Shown here in pieces: positions 31,248 to 41,005 of a stretch of DNA of 64,000 bases. The stretch is from Cyanobacteriota bacterium (GTDB lineage: Bacteria > Cyanobacteriota > Cyanobacteriia > Cyanobacteriales > Nostocaceae): assembly GCA_046045965.1 (NCBI GenBank), contig JBJOKS010000016.1, forward strand, positions 32,001 to 96,000, given 5' to 3'. The position numbers and the translations under genes were made by a program. The stretch's first letter is position 1; each line of letters begins with the position of its first letter. The notes below the pieces were generated by a model. The model saw only the letters and a list, made by a program, of their open reading frames with translations, was not told where the DNA came from and ran no database searches.

Positions 31248-32300
31248 ATGACTAATATATTTAGAGAATTTATCCAAAAAGTCGGTAGTGGTAGCCATAC
31301 TTCCGAAAATTTAACCCGTGCGGAAGCTGCTACTGCTATGAAAATGATGTTATTAGCAGAAGCTACACCTGCACAAATAGGCGCTTTTTTAATTTCCCAT
31401 CGGATCAAACGTCCCACAGGTGAAGAATTAGCAGGAATGTTAGATGCTTATTATGAAATTGGACCAAAATTACAACCAATTAATAATAATAACAACAATA
31501 ATAAAATTCCTATTGTTCTAGGAATACCCTATGATGGTAGAACTCGCACCGCACCAATTAATATTATTACAGCTTTATTATTAGCAACTGCGGGACAACC
31601 TGTAATTATGCACGGAGGAATTCGCTATCCCACTAAATATGGTTTACCGCTAATAGAAATTTGGCAAAATTTAGGAGTAAATTGGACTAATTTACCTCTA
31701 GAAAAAACCCAGGAAATATTTAATAAAACTCATCTCGGTTTTATTTACACACCGCATCATTTTCCCCTCACTAACATTCTTTGGGAATATCGAGAACAAT
31801 TAGGAAAACGCCCACCATTAGCGACAATGGAATTAATTTGGTGTCCCTACGCTGGTGATGCTCATATTATCGCTGGTTTTGTCCATCCACCAACTGAAGC
31901 CATGTTTCAAACAGCTTTAGAAATGCAAGGAGTGAAAAAATACACCTTTATTAAAGGTTTAGAAGGTAGTTGTGATTTACCACGCGATCGCACAGCGATT
32001 ATTGGCTTATCTTCATTAAATACACCAGAATTAGAACGGTTACACCTCGCACCCCGTGAATATGGCTTTACCCCCAAAAACGTCCCCCTTGCTACTACAG
32101 AAGAACTCATCAAAGATATGCAGTCTGTTTTAGTTGGAGACAAGAGCGAACTCATGCAAACAGCTTTATGGAATGGCGGTTTTTACCTATGGCATAGTGG
32201 TATTTGTACAGATATCCCAGCTGGTATAGACCAAGCCAAAGAGTTATTTAGCAGTGGTGTAGTAGCTGCTAAACTACAGGAGGTAATTGGTAATTGCTAA
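31248..32300 (+). CDS. cnaT: Anthranilate phosphoribosyltransferase-like protein CnaT
   Basis: ATPAQIGAFLISHRIK, PYDGRTRT, GKRPPLAT, GFVHPPTE, KGLEGS; directly follows ntcB. Confidence 0.82.
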   Translation: MTNIFREFIQKVGSGSHTSENLTRAEAATAMKMMLLAEATPAQIGAFLISHRIKRPTGEELAGMLDAYYEIGPKLQPINNNNNNNKIPIVLGIPYDGRTRTAPINIITALLLATAGQPVIMHGGIRYPTKYGLPLIEIWQNLGVNWTNLPLEKTQEIFNKTHLGFIYTPHHFPLTNILWEYREQLGKRPPLATMELIWCPYAGDAHIIAGFVHPPTEAMFQTALEMQGVKKYTFIKGLEGSCDLPRDRTAIIGLSSLNTPELERLHLAPREYGFTPKNVPLATTEELIKDMQSVLVGDKSELMQTALWNGGFYLWHSGICTDIPAGIDQAKELFSSGVVAAKLQEVIGNC

Positions 32301-32320
32301 TTGATAAAAATTATCAACTA

Positions 32321-33226
32321 TCAACTCTTCCCTACATACAAGACCATACCTTCACGAGCTAATAAAACATTAGGAAAAACAGACTTCACTTCGTCTTGAA
32401 TTTTATCCAGAAAATCATCATCATCATCTGGGTGATGGTGAGATATCACCAATTTTTTCACATTAGCAGTTTGAGCTAATTCTACTGGAGTTTTCCAAAG
32501 TAATTCCGCATATTCATGATTTTTATCAGTTGGTGGAGTATAGGTAGCATTAGTAACCAATAAATCAACATCTTGAATAATGGGTAAAATCTGGTTTTGC
32601 TCTTCTAAATCAAAACTCTTATGTAAATCTGTGGTATAGGCAACGCTATAGTTACCCCAAGTTATTCGGTAGCCTACGGATCTTTGATATTTATTAATTA
32701 AGGCTGTTGTAATTTTTACCTCATCTAATTCCACGACATTGCTAGGAGTCAAGTTATAAAACAGCAACTCTGACTGCATTACCTGTAAAGGGTAAGGAAA
32801 GTGAGGTTGCAGCATCTGATCGCAAAGGCATTGTTTGATTGATGCACCATTTATAGCAGCTGTACCATAAATATGAAAGCAATTGTCTGTAATAAATGCC
32901 GGGGCAAAAAAGGGAAATCCCTGGATACGATTTGATTGGGCGTTAGTAAAAAATAAATGGGCTTCCAGTGGCTCTTTTTGTTGTTGCCATGTTTTCCCCA
33001 AGATGCGTAAGCCAGTACCTCCATCAAAAATCAAGCGTTGCCCTGCTACATATATTTCTACACAAGCAGTATTACTACCATACCGACAGGTATGACTATT
33101 GGGGGTGGGTATCAAACCACGCACACCCCAAAATTTAATCCAAAACTCCCCAGCAAGGTGATTGAGCGGAGGAGTTAATTCATCATTGACGTAGCTTTGG
33201 GAATCAGAACGCTCAATATTTGACAT
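32321..33226 (-). CDS. MBL-fold hydrolase-like protein with degenerate metal ligands
   Basis: FWGVRG..RYGSNTAC..IFDGGTGLR..IQGFPFF family signature, but the HxHxDH position reads NAQSNR. Confidence 0.8.
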   Translation of the reverse strand: MSNIERSDSQSYVNDELTPPLNHLAGEFWIKFWGVRGLIPTPNSHTCRYGSNTACVEIYVAGQRLIFDGGTGLRILGKTWQQQKEPLEAHLFFTNAQSNRIQGFPFFAPAFITDNCFHIYGTAAINGASIKQCLCDQMLQPHFPYPLQVMQSELLFYNLTPSNVVELDEVKITTALINKYQRSVGYRITWGNYSVAYTTDLHKSFDLEEQNQILPIIQDVDLLVTNATYTPPTDKNHEYAELLWKTPVELAQTANVKKLVISHHHPDDDDDFLDKIQDEVKSVFPNVLLAREGMVLYVGKS

Positions 33227-33237
33227 TTTCCTTGAGA

Positions 33238-33621
33238 TTAGAGCTTACTGAGCAGATCATCGTAGTTTCTTACTTCCAGCATCCGGTTTTTTTCGTCCAC
33301 AATGACAACCGTAGGAGAGTAATGTTTTAACTCCTCTAGTGTAAACTGCCCGTAAGTCATTATAATCAAGCGATCGCCTATAATGCCTAATCTTGCAGCC
33401 GCTCCGTTTAATTCAATGATTCCTGAGTTAGCTGGAGCCGGAATTGCATAAGTAATAAAACGCTGACCATTAGCACTATTCACTACTTGTACTTGCTCAT
33501 AAGGTAAAATACCAGCTTTATCTAAAAGAAGTTGATCAATGCTAATACTACCCACGTAGTTAATATTTGCCCCCGTGAGGGTACAGTTATGAATTTTAGC
33601 CAAAAGGAGAGTGCGCTGCAT
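33238..33621 (-). CDS. panD: Aspartate 1-decarboxylase
   Basis: [12 protein letters not shown] (G-S cleavage site), [14 protein letters not shown]. Confidence 0.95.
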   Translation of the reverse strand: MQRTLLLAKIHNCTLTGANINYVGSISIDQLLLDKAGILPYEQVQVVNSANGQRFITYAIPAPANSGIIELNGAAARLGIIGDRLIIMTYGQFTLEELKHYSPTVVIVDEKNRMLEVRNYDDLLSKL

Positions 33622-33772
33622 TTCGTTTTGGGTTGTTCCGCAACAACCGGGAGTAGTTTGAGTTTATTAAACAGGATGGTAATTGGTAATTGGGGAAGAG
33701 GTGATTGGTTTTTAGTCCCCATTACCCATTACCCATCACCAATTACTGATTTTACCCATTACCCATGATCTA

Positions 33773-34288
33773 TTATGATTGTTCGTAAGCCAAGATAGAC
33801 TTTTCTACTAAGTGTTTGACCTTATCTACATCTTGCCAACCGAGAATTTCTGTTACCTTTTTCTCCAAATTTTTATAAGAACGGAAAAATTCGGCAATTT
33901 CCTCTAAACGGTGAGGATGTACGTCTTTCAAGGATTTTACATGGGCATAGCGAGGATCTTTGTCGGGAACACAAAGCATTTTTTCATCGCGATCGCCACC
34001 GTCAATCATTTCCAAAAAACCAATTGGTCTTGCAGCAATGACGCAACCAGGAAAGGTTGGTTCATCTATCATAACCATACCGTCCAGCGGATCGCCATCA
34101 TCAGCTAAGGTGTTGGGTATAAAGCCATAATCATAAGGGTATTTTACCGACGAATAAAGCACCCGGTCTAGGGCAAAAGCGTTCAATTCCTTATCGAACT
34201 CATATTTATTTTTACTCCCGCCTGGAATTTCAATCAGAACGTTAATCACACCCGGTTTAGGTTGGGCAGGAATAAGAGATAAATCCAC
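33773..34288 (-). CDS. ppa: Inorganic pyrophosphatase
   Basis: [31 protein letters not shown] motifs. Confidence 0.96.
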   Translation of the reverse strand: MDLSLIPAQPKPGVINVLIEIPGGSKNKYEFDKELNAFALDRVLYSSVKYPYDYGFIPNTLADDGDPLDGMVMIDEPTFPGCVIAARPIGFLEMIDGGDRDEKMLCVPDKDPRYAHVKSLKDVHPHRLEEIAEFFRSYKNLEKKVTEILGWQDVDKVKHLVEKSILAYEQS

Positions 34289-34398
34289 AACAACACTCCT
34301 TCGCTAACAGTTATTCTAGGTAGCACGCAGTTTGGCTCCCCGTGTAAGATTTTAGGACAATTTTGCATCTGTTCCCAAAGTCTTTATCCAGAAAACAC

Positions 34399-34431
34399 AG
34401 ATCCCCGACTTCTTAGAGAAATCAGGGATCT
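34399..34431. repeat. Palindromic dispersed repeat AGATCCCCGACTTC...GAAATCAGGGATCT
   Basis: Related copies at 5773-5802 and, split by an insertion, at 36172-36187/36431-36446. Confidence 0.65.
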
Positions 34432-34489
34432 TCTTATTCATGGTTAATTTAGAATTGCTGTAGCACAATTAAACTTAAGCCAGCAACAG

Positions 34490-34678
34490 TTACTTCTGGC
34501 TTCTGGTTAAGTGGTAAGTTAGGGTTTGCGGATTATTTTGAACATCAGGTGAAGAATAGTGGGAGATGATAAATACTGGTAGGATCAGGGTCACGAGTGC
34601 GATCGCCGTTCCCACAATGTCTGCCAAACGTTGGGAATATGTATCGGGAGGGTTGGCAGACTGGCTATTTGAATTCAT
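34490..34678 (-). CDS. Small single-TM hypothetical protein (62 aa)
   Basis: ATG start, one hydrophobic helix (IVGTAIALVTLILPVFII), contains a HIP1 site, occupies an otherwise empty gap. Confidence 0.6.
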   Translation of the reverse strand: MNSNSQSANPPDTYSQRLADIVGTAIALVTLILPVFIISHYSSPDVQNNPQTLTYHLTRSQK

Positions 34679-34932
34679 AAAAAATTCTGGTTTTTCCTAT
34701 CACTTGTAGTTCAACTCTCGTTGAGAGCTTCATTTCTATTTTAGCTATTTTTCTCAGATAAAGCCTGTAGCTTTCAAGAATCTTATCCTGTTTCAAAAAA
34801 AACATAGCTGGTTTTGATACTTGGTATTTTTGTTACAGATGAAATATTAAACATTTGCATTTGCTTTTTCATGAAGTAATTAATTAATTTCTTGCCAAAA
34901 ATGCCTGGAAGTACATCAATGTCATGTGATTT

Positions 34933-34948
34933 TGTGATCATCGTCACA
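34933..34948. promoter_or_regulatory. Putative CRP-family binding site
   Basis: TGTGATCATCGTCACA = perfect TGTGA-N6-TCACA. Confidence 0.5.
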
Positions 34949-35121
34949 GAATGATTAATTAATTTGTGCATTTACAGCAATTTGGGATTTTGGATTTATT
35001 AAAATTTAGATAAAACTTAGATACAGTTCCAATTACAGACATTCCAGAAAATTAGAGTCAGGAGTCAGTGAACAGTCAACAATGAAGAATAGTAACTGAC
35101 AACTGACAACTGACAAATGAA

Positions 35122-36090
35122 TTACCTACTGTAAGCACTCATAGGTTCTTTGATGAAGCGGATGTAAAGATGCCTAAAAGTAGACTTGATCACACGTGGC
35201 ATCGCAAAATCAATTGGCATTAAATTATCAGGTAAACGCCAATCTTCTATTTGTAACAAATCAGGAGTTAAATTAGGAAATTCAATTTCATGTAATTCTG
35301 GACAAATACCCAATTTTTGAGAAGTTGCTACAGTGGGAACTTGTAGAGGATCAACCTTGAGAATTTCTAAAACTGCCCGATCTAAAGCAAATACATTATT
35401 TGATGCTGCTAAAACTCCCAAATCACGAGGTTCACCACCACTAGGACCATTACCTTCATGACCAATAATACCATCTAAAATGGTTAAAGTTGGATTAATT
35501 GCCCTGGCAGTTTCTACTAACATTTCCCCAAATCTGTTAGCATCTTTTCCTGCTTCCATGTGCCACCAGGCTTTCATTTTTCCAGGTACACAACCAAAGA
35601 GATTTTTCACACCCAAAGTTACAGTTAATTGCATATGAGATTTAACTTTAGGTAAGTTAATAATCACATCTGCTTCCATTGCTTCTTTTGATAATAACAG
35701 ATGATTAAAATTGTCGTTCACGGTTTGGTAACGTTTACCGTGAAATTCCACAATAGGAATATTCAACTCTTCTAAAATTGGTAATAAACCATTTGCTATT
35801 GCTACACCTTTAGCACTACCAAAAGCGGGACTATCTCCCAAAAATGGTTTACCTCCCACTTCCATCACCATTTCGGCAACAGCGCGGACTAATTCGGGGC
35901 GTGTGGTACATTCTTTAGTAGGACGAGAACCTGTGAGTAAATTAGGTTTGAGAAGGACGCGGTTTCCTGGTTTAACAAAAGCTGCTATTCCCCCCAAAGG
36001 TTCTAATAGCGTGGTTAAGGATTCTCTTAAAGCCTCTTGTTCGTAAGATTTAGCCCGAATTAAACTAACGGCTGGTTTTGGTGTCTGCAT
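35122..36090 (-). CDS. DUF362 domain protein
   Basis: VLLKPNLL, TTRPEL, GDSP, INLPKVKSH, GVKNLFG, EGNGPSGG. Confidence 0.88.
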   Translation of the reverse strand: MQTPKPAVSLIRAKSYEQEALRESLTTLLEPLGGIAAFVKPGNRVLLKPNLLTGSRPTKECTTRPELVRAVAEMVMEVGGKPFLGDSPAFGSAKGVAIANGLLPILEELNIPIVEFHGKRYQTVNDNFNHLLLSKEAMEADVIINLPKVKSHMQLTVTLGVKNLFGCVPGKMKAWWHMEAGKDANRFGEMLVETARAINPTLTILDGIIGHEGNGPSGGEPRDLGVLAASNNVFALDRAVLEILKVDPLQVPTVATSQKLGICPELHEIEFPNLTPDLLQIEDWRLPDNLMPIDFAMPRVIKSTFRHLYIRFIKEPMSAYSR

Positions 36091-36219
36091 AGTTCATTAA
36101 TAATTGCGTTATTATATCACAATATAGACTATTTTTAGCTAAAATGTCAGCATTAGGAGATTTAGAGATTTTAGATCCCCGACTTCTGACAACAAGTGAT
36201 AATTTCTCGACACAATAAA

Positions 36220-36424
36220 TAGGGTTTGCTGATAAAGTCTTTTCGTTGAGGTCTAGGAGTCAGGAGTCAGGAGGAGATTTGAAAACTTCTTTTCCATCTC
36301 TCGAACTCTACAAAAGTGCAAGGTTTTTGAGTCATAAGACGCTATATCGAAAGCACCTACTTTCCTGTTTATCAGCCTCGAACCTTTGATTTATCTGGGT
36401 TTTGCATTTTTTCAGCAAGCCCTA
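36220..36424. mobile_element. MITE (about 205 bp) with target-site duplication, nested in a palindromic repeat
   Basis: TIRs TAGGGTTTGCTGA / TCAGCAAGCCCTA (1 mismatch) flanked by AATAAA on both sides. Confidence 0.75.
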
Positions 36425-36487
36425 AATAAAAGAAGTCGGGGATCTATCTGAGTGTCAAGACTACTATTTTTTTTGAGGTGACGAGAT

Positions 36488-36937
36488 TTATATAGGATAC
36501 CATTTAATATCAAGTAATTGGGAAAGAGTGTAAGGACATTCTGAAGGAAAATTCACAGAATTTTGAGTTTTTATTTTCACAAAACCTAAAGCATCCTGAT
36601 AAATAGAATCCAATTCTGATTCTAAATAATTACGCAAATTTGTATTCAGTCTGCGGTTTAATTGAGTTCTAAAAGTATAAATTTCACCTTGCCAGTGAAT
36701 CGCATTATTTTCTTGTTCACTTGTCCAATATTGAAGTAGTAATAAATGACGAATAATTTGCTCTAACAGACTAGCTACAGCACTTTTATCTCTTCTTCCT
36801 AACTCCTCTAACTCCTCAATTAAATTCTCCAAATCTAAATCTTGAAATTGCTGATTTTTTAATAACTTTATAGTTTCTTCCAACCATTGAGAATCGTCAA
36901 CTTCATAGAGTTGTTTTAAATCATGAATAGTTTTCAT
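36488..36937 (-). CDS. DUF29 family protein
   Basis: LYEVDDSQWL..DLENLIEELEELGR..HLLLLQYW..FPSECPYTL; GAGGTGG RBS before ATG 36937. Confidence 0.88.
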   Translation of the reverse strand: MKTIHDLKQLYEVDDSQWLEETIKLLKNQQFQDLDLENLIEELEELGRRDKSAVASLLEQIIRHLLLLQYWTSEQENNAIHWQGEIYTFRTQLNRRLNTNLRNYLESELDSIYQDALGFVKIKTQNSVNFPSECPYTLSQLLDIKWYPI

Positions 36938-37076
36938 AACTTCCACCTCAAACGAGCATTATCATTATATCATGCTTCTTTATTTCTCTGCGTTCTCTGC
37001 GCCTGGAGCGGTTCGTTTCTTATTAAAGAAATACAGTTAACTTTCCAGGGGTTAGCAATGCTAAACCCCTACAAAA

Positions 37077-38480
37077 TTAGAGAGGAACAATAGAACTCAT
37101 TTGTTCCAAATCTAAAACATTAGCTAATTCTTCCTCAGTCATTAAACCCTTGTCTAAAACAATTTGACGGAGAGACTTTCCAGTTTCCAAAGACTCCTTA
37201 GCGACAGCAGCAGCATTAAGATAACCGATGTGAGTATTTAAAGCAGTAACTAAAGCCAAACTACCCTCAGCATAACCCAAACATCTTTCTTTGTTAGCAG
37301 TAATTCCTTGAATACAATTGTTAGTTAAAGCCGCAATTGTATTACCTAAAATTTCGATGCTGTGAATTAAATTATAGGCAATTAAAGGCATCATCACATT
37401 TAATTCTAACTGTCCGGCTTGTGCTGCTAGGGCGATTGCCTGATCATAACCCATCACCTGAAAACATACCATTGATGTCATCTCTGCCATTACGGGATTA
37501 TACTTACCTGGCATAATAGAAGAACCAGGTTGTACTGGGGGTAGTTGAATTTCCTTAAACCCGGTTTTGGGTCCAGAGTCCATCAAACGCAGGTCATGGG
37601 AGATTTTAACTAGATCCTGTGCTAAATTTCGCACCGCCCCGGAAACATTCACAAACGCACCCATACTTTGCATCGCGGCCATTAAATGGGGTGCTGGTTC
37701 TAAAGGCATTTCTAACAACTGAGAAAGCACCTCTAGCACTCGTTTCCGATATTCAGGATGGGTATTCATTCCTGTACCGGCTGCACTTCCCCCCAAACCC
37801 AGAACCATCAAATCACCGGAAGCGGTGTATAATCGGTTTTGATGTTCGCTGAGAATTTGCGCCCAAGCGCGGAAGTTTTCACCCAACCGCACGGGTACTG
37901 CATCCTGTAAATGAGTTCTTCCAGATTTAACGATATCTTGAAATTCTACCGCTTTGGCTTCTAGAGCAGAAATGGCATTGTCTAAAGCTGGGTGTAGAGT
38001 TTGGGAAAGTGCTAATAAACCACCGATGCGGATAGCGGTAGGAATAATATCGTTGGTAGACTGTCCATAATTTACATGATCGTTAGGACTAACCCGCTTA
38101 TAATTTCCTTTTTCATCTCCCAAAATTTCTAAAGCCCGGTTTGCGAGAACTTCATTAATGTTCATGTGGTGAGATGTTCCCGCACCAGCTTGGTAAACAT
38201 CAACAACGAACTGATCACGGAGTTTACCTGCTAAAATTTCATCAACTGCTTGAATGATAGCTTTGCTGATATCTGCGGGAATACAATTTAGTTCACCGTT
38301 AACGATAGCGGTAGCTTTTTTGATATATAAACCAGCGTTAATGTAAGTGGGTAGAGGTTTTAACCCACTGATGGGGAAATTTTCCACAGCGCGTTGAGTT
38401 TGAATACCATAATAGACGTTATTGGGGATTTGGCGATCGCCCATTGAGTCCCGTTCAATGCGAAAATCTGTATTAGTCAT
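37077..38480 (-). CDS. aspA: Aspartate ammonia-lyase (fumarase/aspartase family)
   Basis: RIERDSMG, YYGIQTQRA, GRTHLQDA, GSSIMPGKYNP signature; start set at ATG 38480. Confidence 0.85.
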   Translation of the reverse strand: MTNTDFRIERDSMGDRQIPNNVYYGIQTQRAVENFPISGLKPLPTYINAGLYIKKATAIVNGELNCIPADISKAIIQAVDEILAGKLRDQFVVDVYQAGAGTSHHMNINEVLANRALEILGDEKGNYKRVSPNDHVNYGQSTNDIIPTAIRIGGLLALSQTLHPALDNAISALEAKAVEFQDIVKSGRTHLQDAVPVRLGENFRAWAQILSEHQNRLYTASGDLMVLGLGGSAAGTGMNTHPEYRKRVLEVLSQLLEMPLEPAPHLMAAMQSMGAFVNVSGAVRNLAQDLVKISHDLRLMDSGPKTGFKEIQLPPVQPGSSIMPGKYNPVMAEMTSMVCFQVMGYDQAIALAAQAGQLELNVMMPLIAYNLIHSIEILGNTIAALTNNCIQGITANKERCLGYAEGSLALVTALNTHIGYLNAAAVAKESLETGKSLRQIVLDKGLMTEEELANVLDLEQMSSIVPL

Positions 38481-38734
38481 AAGTTTGGATGAGATGATCT
38501 GAGAATACAAATCATCCCATGCTAGGATGCTAAACGTCTAATATGTAAGAATTCAGGAGTCAGGAGTCAGGAGTCAGAATGTTGGATAGCTGAATGCTTA
38601 CTGTTTTATTTTGGATTTGTGAGAATTAGGTAGTAATTTTTTTTAGTTGAACGCAGATAGACGCAGATAAACGCGGATGTTGCATTACTTTTTTTATTAT
38701 TTCCAGATTCAGGATTTTTTGGATTTTCATTTAA

Positions 38735-39076
38735 CTACAATTTATTATTAATTTCTACAATCATTTCTCCTTGACGCAATTTTTTCAAAGCATCAAGTAA
38801 AGTGAAATTCAGAAGTTCACGCAAATTACGATTAGTAACATTACCACAAGTTAACCAAATAATTTGAGGAGGTATACCCAACCGACAAACTAAGTCAATA
38901 AAATCACTGTCTTTTGTCATAATTATTACGTTAGCTATTTTTGCAGCTTCAAAAATTTCAATATCTTTAGCATCATGCAAACCCATTTCTTTTAATGAAA
39001 ATGCTTCAATAGCAAAAGTATTTGTTATCCAATTTGCTAATGTTGGAGGTAACTGTGCATCAAGCCAAATTTTCAT
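38735..39076 (-). CDS. DUF5615 PIN-like toxin
   Basis: MKIWLDAQLPP..DIEIF..MTKDSDF..PPQIIWLTCGN; ATGA overlap with DUF433. Confidence 0.85.
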   Translation of the reverse strand: MKIWLDAQLPPTLANWITNTFAIEAFSLKEMGLHDAKDIEIFEAAKIANVIIMTKDSDFIDLVCRLGIPPQIIWLTCGNVTNRNLRELLNFTLLDALKKLRQGEMIVEINNKL

Positions 39077-39297
39077 GCGGTTAATCTAACAAAATCAGTG
39101 CGTCTTGCAGCAAATATCAGACAAGCCTGAATATCTTCTAGTTCTAAATCGGGAAAATCTGCTAAAATTTCATTCACACTGACATTTTCTGCTAACATTT
39201 CCAAAATATCGCTAACTCTAATTCTCATTCCCCTGATGCAAGGACGACCTCCACATTGACCAGGTACTTGTGTAATACGAGTTAATAATTCATTCAT
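39073..39297 (-). CDS. DUF433 antitoxin-like protein
   Basis: PGQCGGRPCIRGMRIRV..EILADFPDLELEDIQACL. Confidence 0.9.
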   Translation of the reverse strand: MNELLTRITQVPGQCGGRPCIRGMRIRVSDILEMLAENVSVNEILADFPDLELEDIQACLIFAARRTDFVRLTA

Positions 39298-39472
39298 GAT
39301 TTTAGTTAGTAATTTAAATATAAATATTATACTATATTATTGATACAATTGTAAGTTTATGTAAATTATTTTTCAATAACATTCTGAAATCTATAATTTT
39401 CAACCTAGATAAATAAAAGTCAACGTAGTTTTAGAGTATACTAGAAAATAAATCCTGGGAGGTAGAAATATT

Positions 39473-40039
39473 ATGGTAGCAACACCCACCCGTCAATTAA
39501 ATTTAGAAGAATTTTTACAACTACCAGAAACCAAACCTACAAGCGAATATATCAACGGAGAAATAATTCAAAAACCAATGCCCCAAGGTAAACATAGCAT
39601 TATTCAAGGTGAGTTAGTGACTACTGTTAATAGTGTAGTTAAACCTCAAAAAATCGCTTTAGCATTTCCCGAATTAAGATGTAACTTTGGGGGAAGTTCC
39701 ATAGTTTCCGATATAGCTGTATTTGCATGGAATAGAATTATTGTAGATGAAAAAGGTAACATTGAAAATGCTTTTAATACCTATCCAGACTGGATAATTG
39801 AAATTCTTTCTCCTGAACAAAGTATAGCCAAACCCACCAAAAATATTTTACATTGTTTAAATCATGGTACTAGCTTAGGTTGGTTAATTATTCCCGAAGA
39901 ATATAATATCATCATTTATCCCCAAAACCAACAACCGATTTATTTAGAAAACGAAACAGATATATTACCAGTTCCCGAAATAATGAAAGATATACATTTA
40001 ACATTAAGAAAATTATTTGAATGCTTAAAATTAAACTAG
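39473..40039 (+). CDS. Uma2/DUF820 family putative endonuclease
   Basis: LEEFLQLPETKP.SEYINGEI.QKPMPQGKHS, PELRC, PDWIIEILSP. Confidence 0.88.
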   Translation: MVATPTRQLNLEEFLQLPETKPTSEYINGEIIQKPMPQGKHSIIQGELVTTVNSVVKPQKIALAFPELRCNFGGSSIVSDIAVFAWNRIIVDEKGNIENAFNTYPDWIIEILSPEQSIAKPTKNILHCLNHGTSLGWLIIPEEYNIIIYPQNQQPIYLENETDILPVPEIMKDIHLTLRKLFECLKLN

Positions 40040-40184
40040 AGAGAAAATAAAATATTACCGACTTCTTTTTTATCCTCACCAAAAAACAGTTCTCCCTATT
40101 CTCTGCGTCCTCTGCGTCTCTGCGGTTCGTTAATAAAAACCTGTAAGAAAACGAAAAACCCGAAAAATAACAAACTTAAAAATC

Positions 40185-40706
40185 ATGAACTTACCAAACA
40201 CAATCACCTTTTCTCGACTAATAGGAATACCCTTTTTATTATACGGATTATATATACCCACACCCCAAGCCAAATGGATATGTGTAACCATATTTTTAAT
40301 AGCAGCATTAACAGACTGGTTAGATGGATATTTAGCGAGGAAACTTAACCAAATTACAGATTTAGGGAAATTTCTTGATCCACTGGTTGATAAATTATTG
40401 GTACTAGCACCATTATTAGTATTAGTTGAATTGGGTAAAATCCCAGCATGGGGAGTATTTATAATATTAGCACGAGAATTAGCGATCGCAGGTTGGCGAG
40501 TCAATCAAACCACCATCAGCGGTGCGAATATTTGGGGAAAGCTGAAAACAGTCAGTCAGATAATTGCGATCGCCCTACTCATAGCACCTTTATCACCAGG
40601 TTGGCAACTTCCTGCTTTAATAGCCTTTTGGATTTCCGTAATTTTAACTATAGCTTCTGGAATTATCTATATACTACCCCCAAAAAGCAAAATTGTTAAT
40701 GAATAA
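40185..40706 (+). CDS. pgsA: CDP-diacylglycerol--glycerol-3-phosphate 3-phosphatidyltransferase
   Basis: MNLPN.IT.SR, TDWLDGYLARK..LGKFLDPLVDK CDP-alcohol motif, GKLKTV.Q. Confidence 0.93.
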   Translation: MNLPNTITFSRLIGIPFLLYGLYIPTPQAKWICVTIFLIAALTDWLDGYLARKLNQITDLGKFLDPLVDKLLVLAPLLVLVELGKIPAWGVFIILARELAIAGWRVNQTTISGANIWGKLKTVSQIIAIALLIAPLSPGWQLPALIAFWISVILTIASGIIYILPPKSKIVNE

Positions 40707-41005
40707 AAAATTAAACCTGTCAAATTTACACAAAACTCTTCCAGGAGTGCCTTTTTACTGATTATCTGTATGATTTTTAGTAAAATTGTTACGGTATTTA
40801 CTTAAAAATGTGATATCCACTTACCCTCAATTTACATAACTTCACACTAAATTTAATTATTTTTTTCAAATTTCTCTATCTCATCCCGTTGTCATGCAGT
40901 ATAATTACTGAATAAGCCCATTGAAAAAATTTAACTCTTCTCATAATTAATTAAAAATACTGTTTCTTTTTGATCAGAAACTACAACCTAGCCAAAAGAT
41001 TAATC

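Noticed and set aside
34783..34971. 62-aa minus-strand ORF
   Set aside because: GTG start with no RBS or motif; overlaps the putative CRP box.
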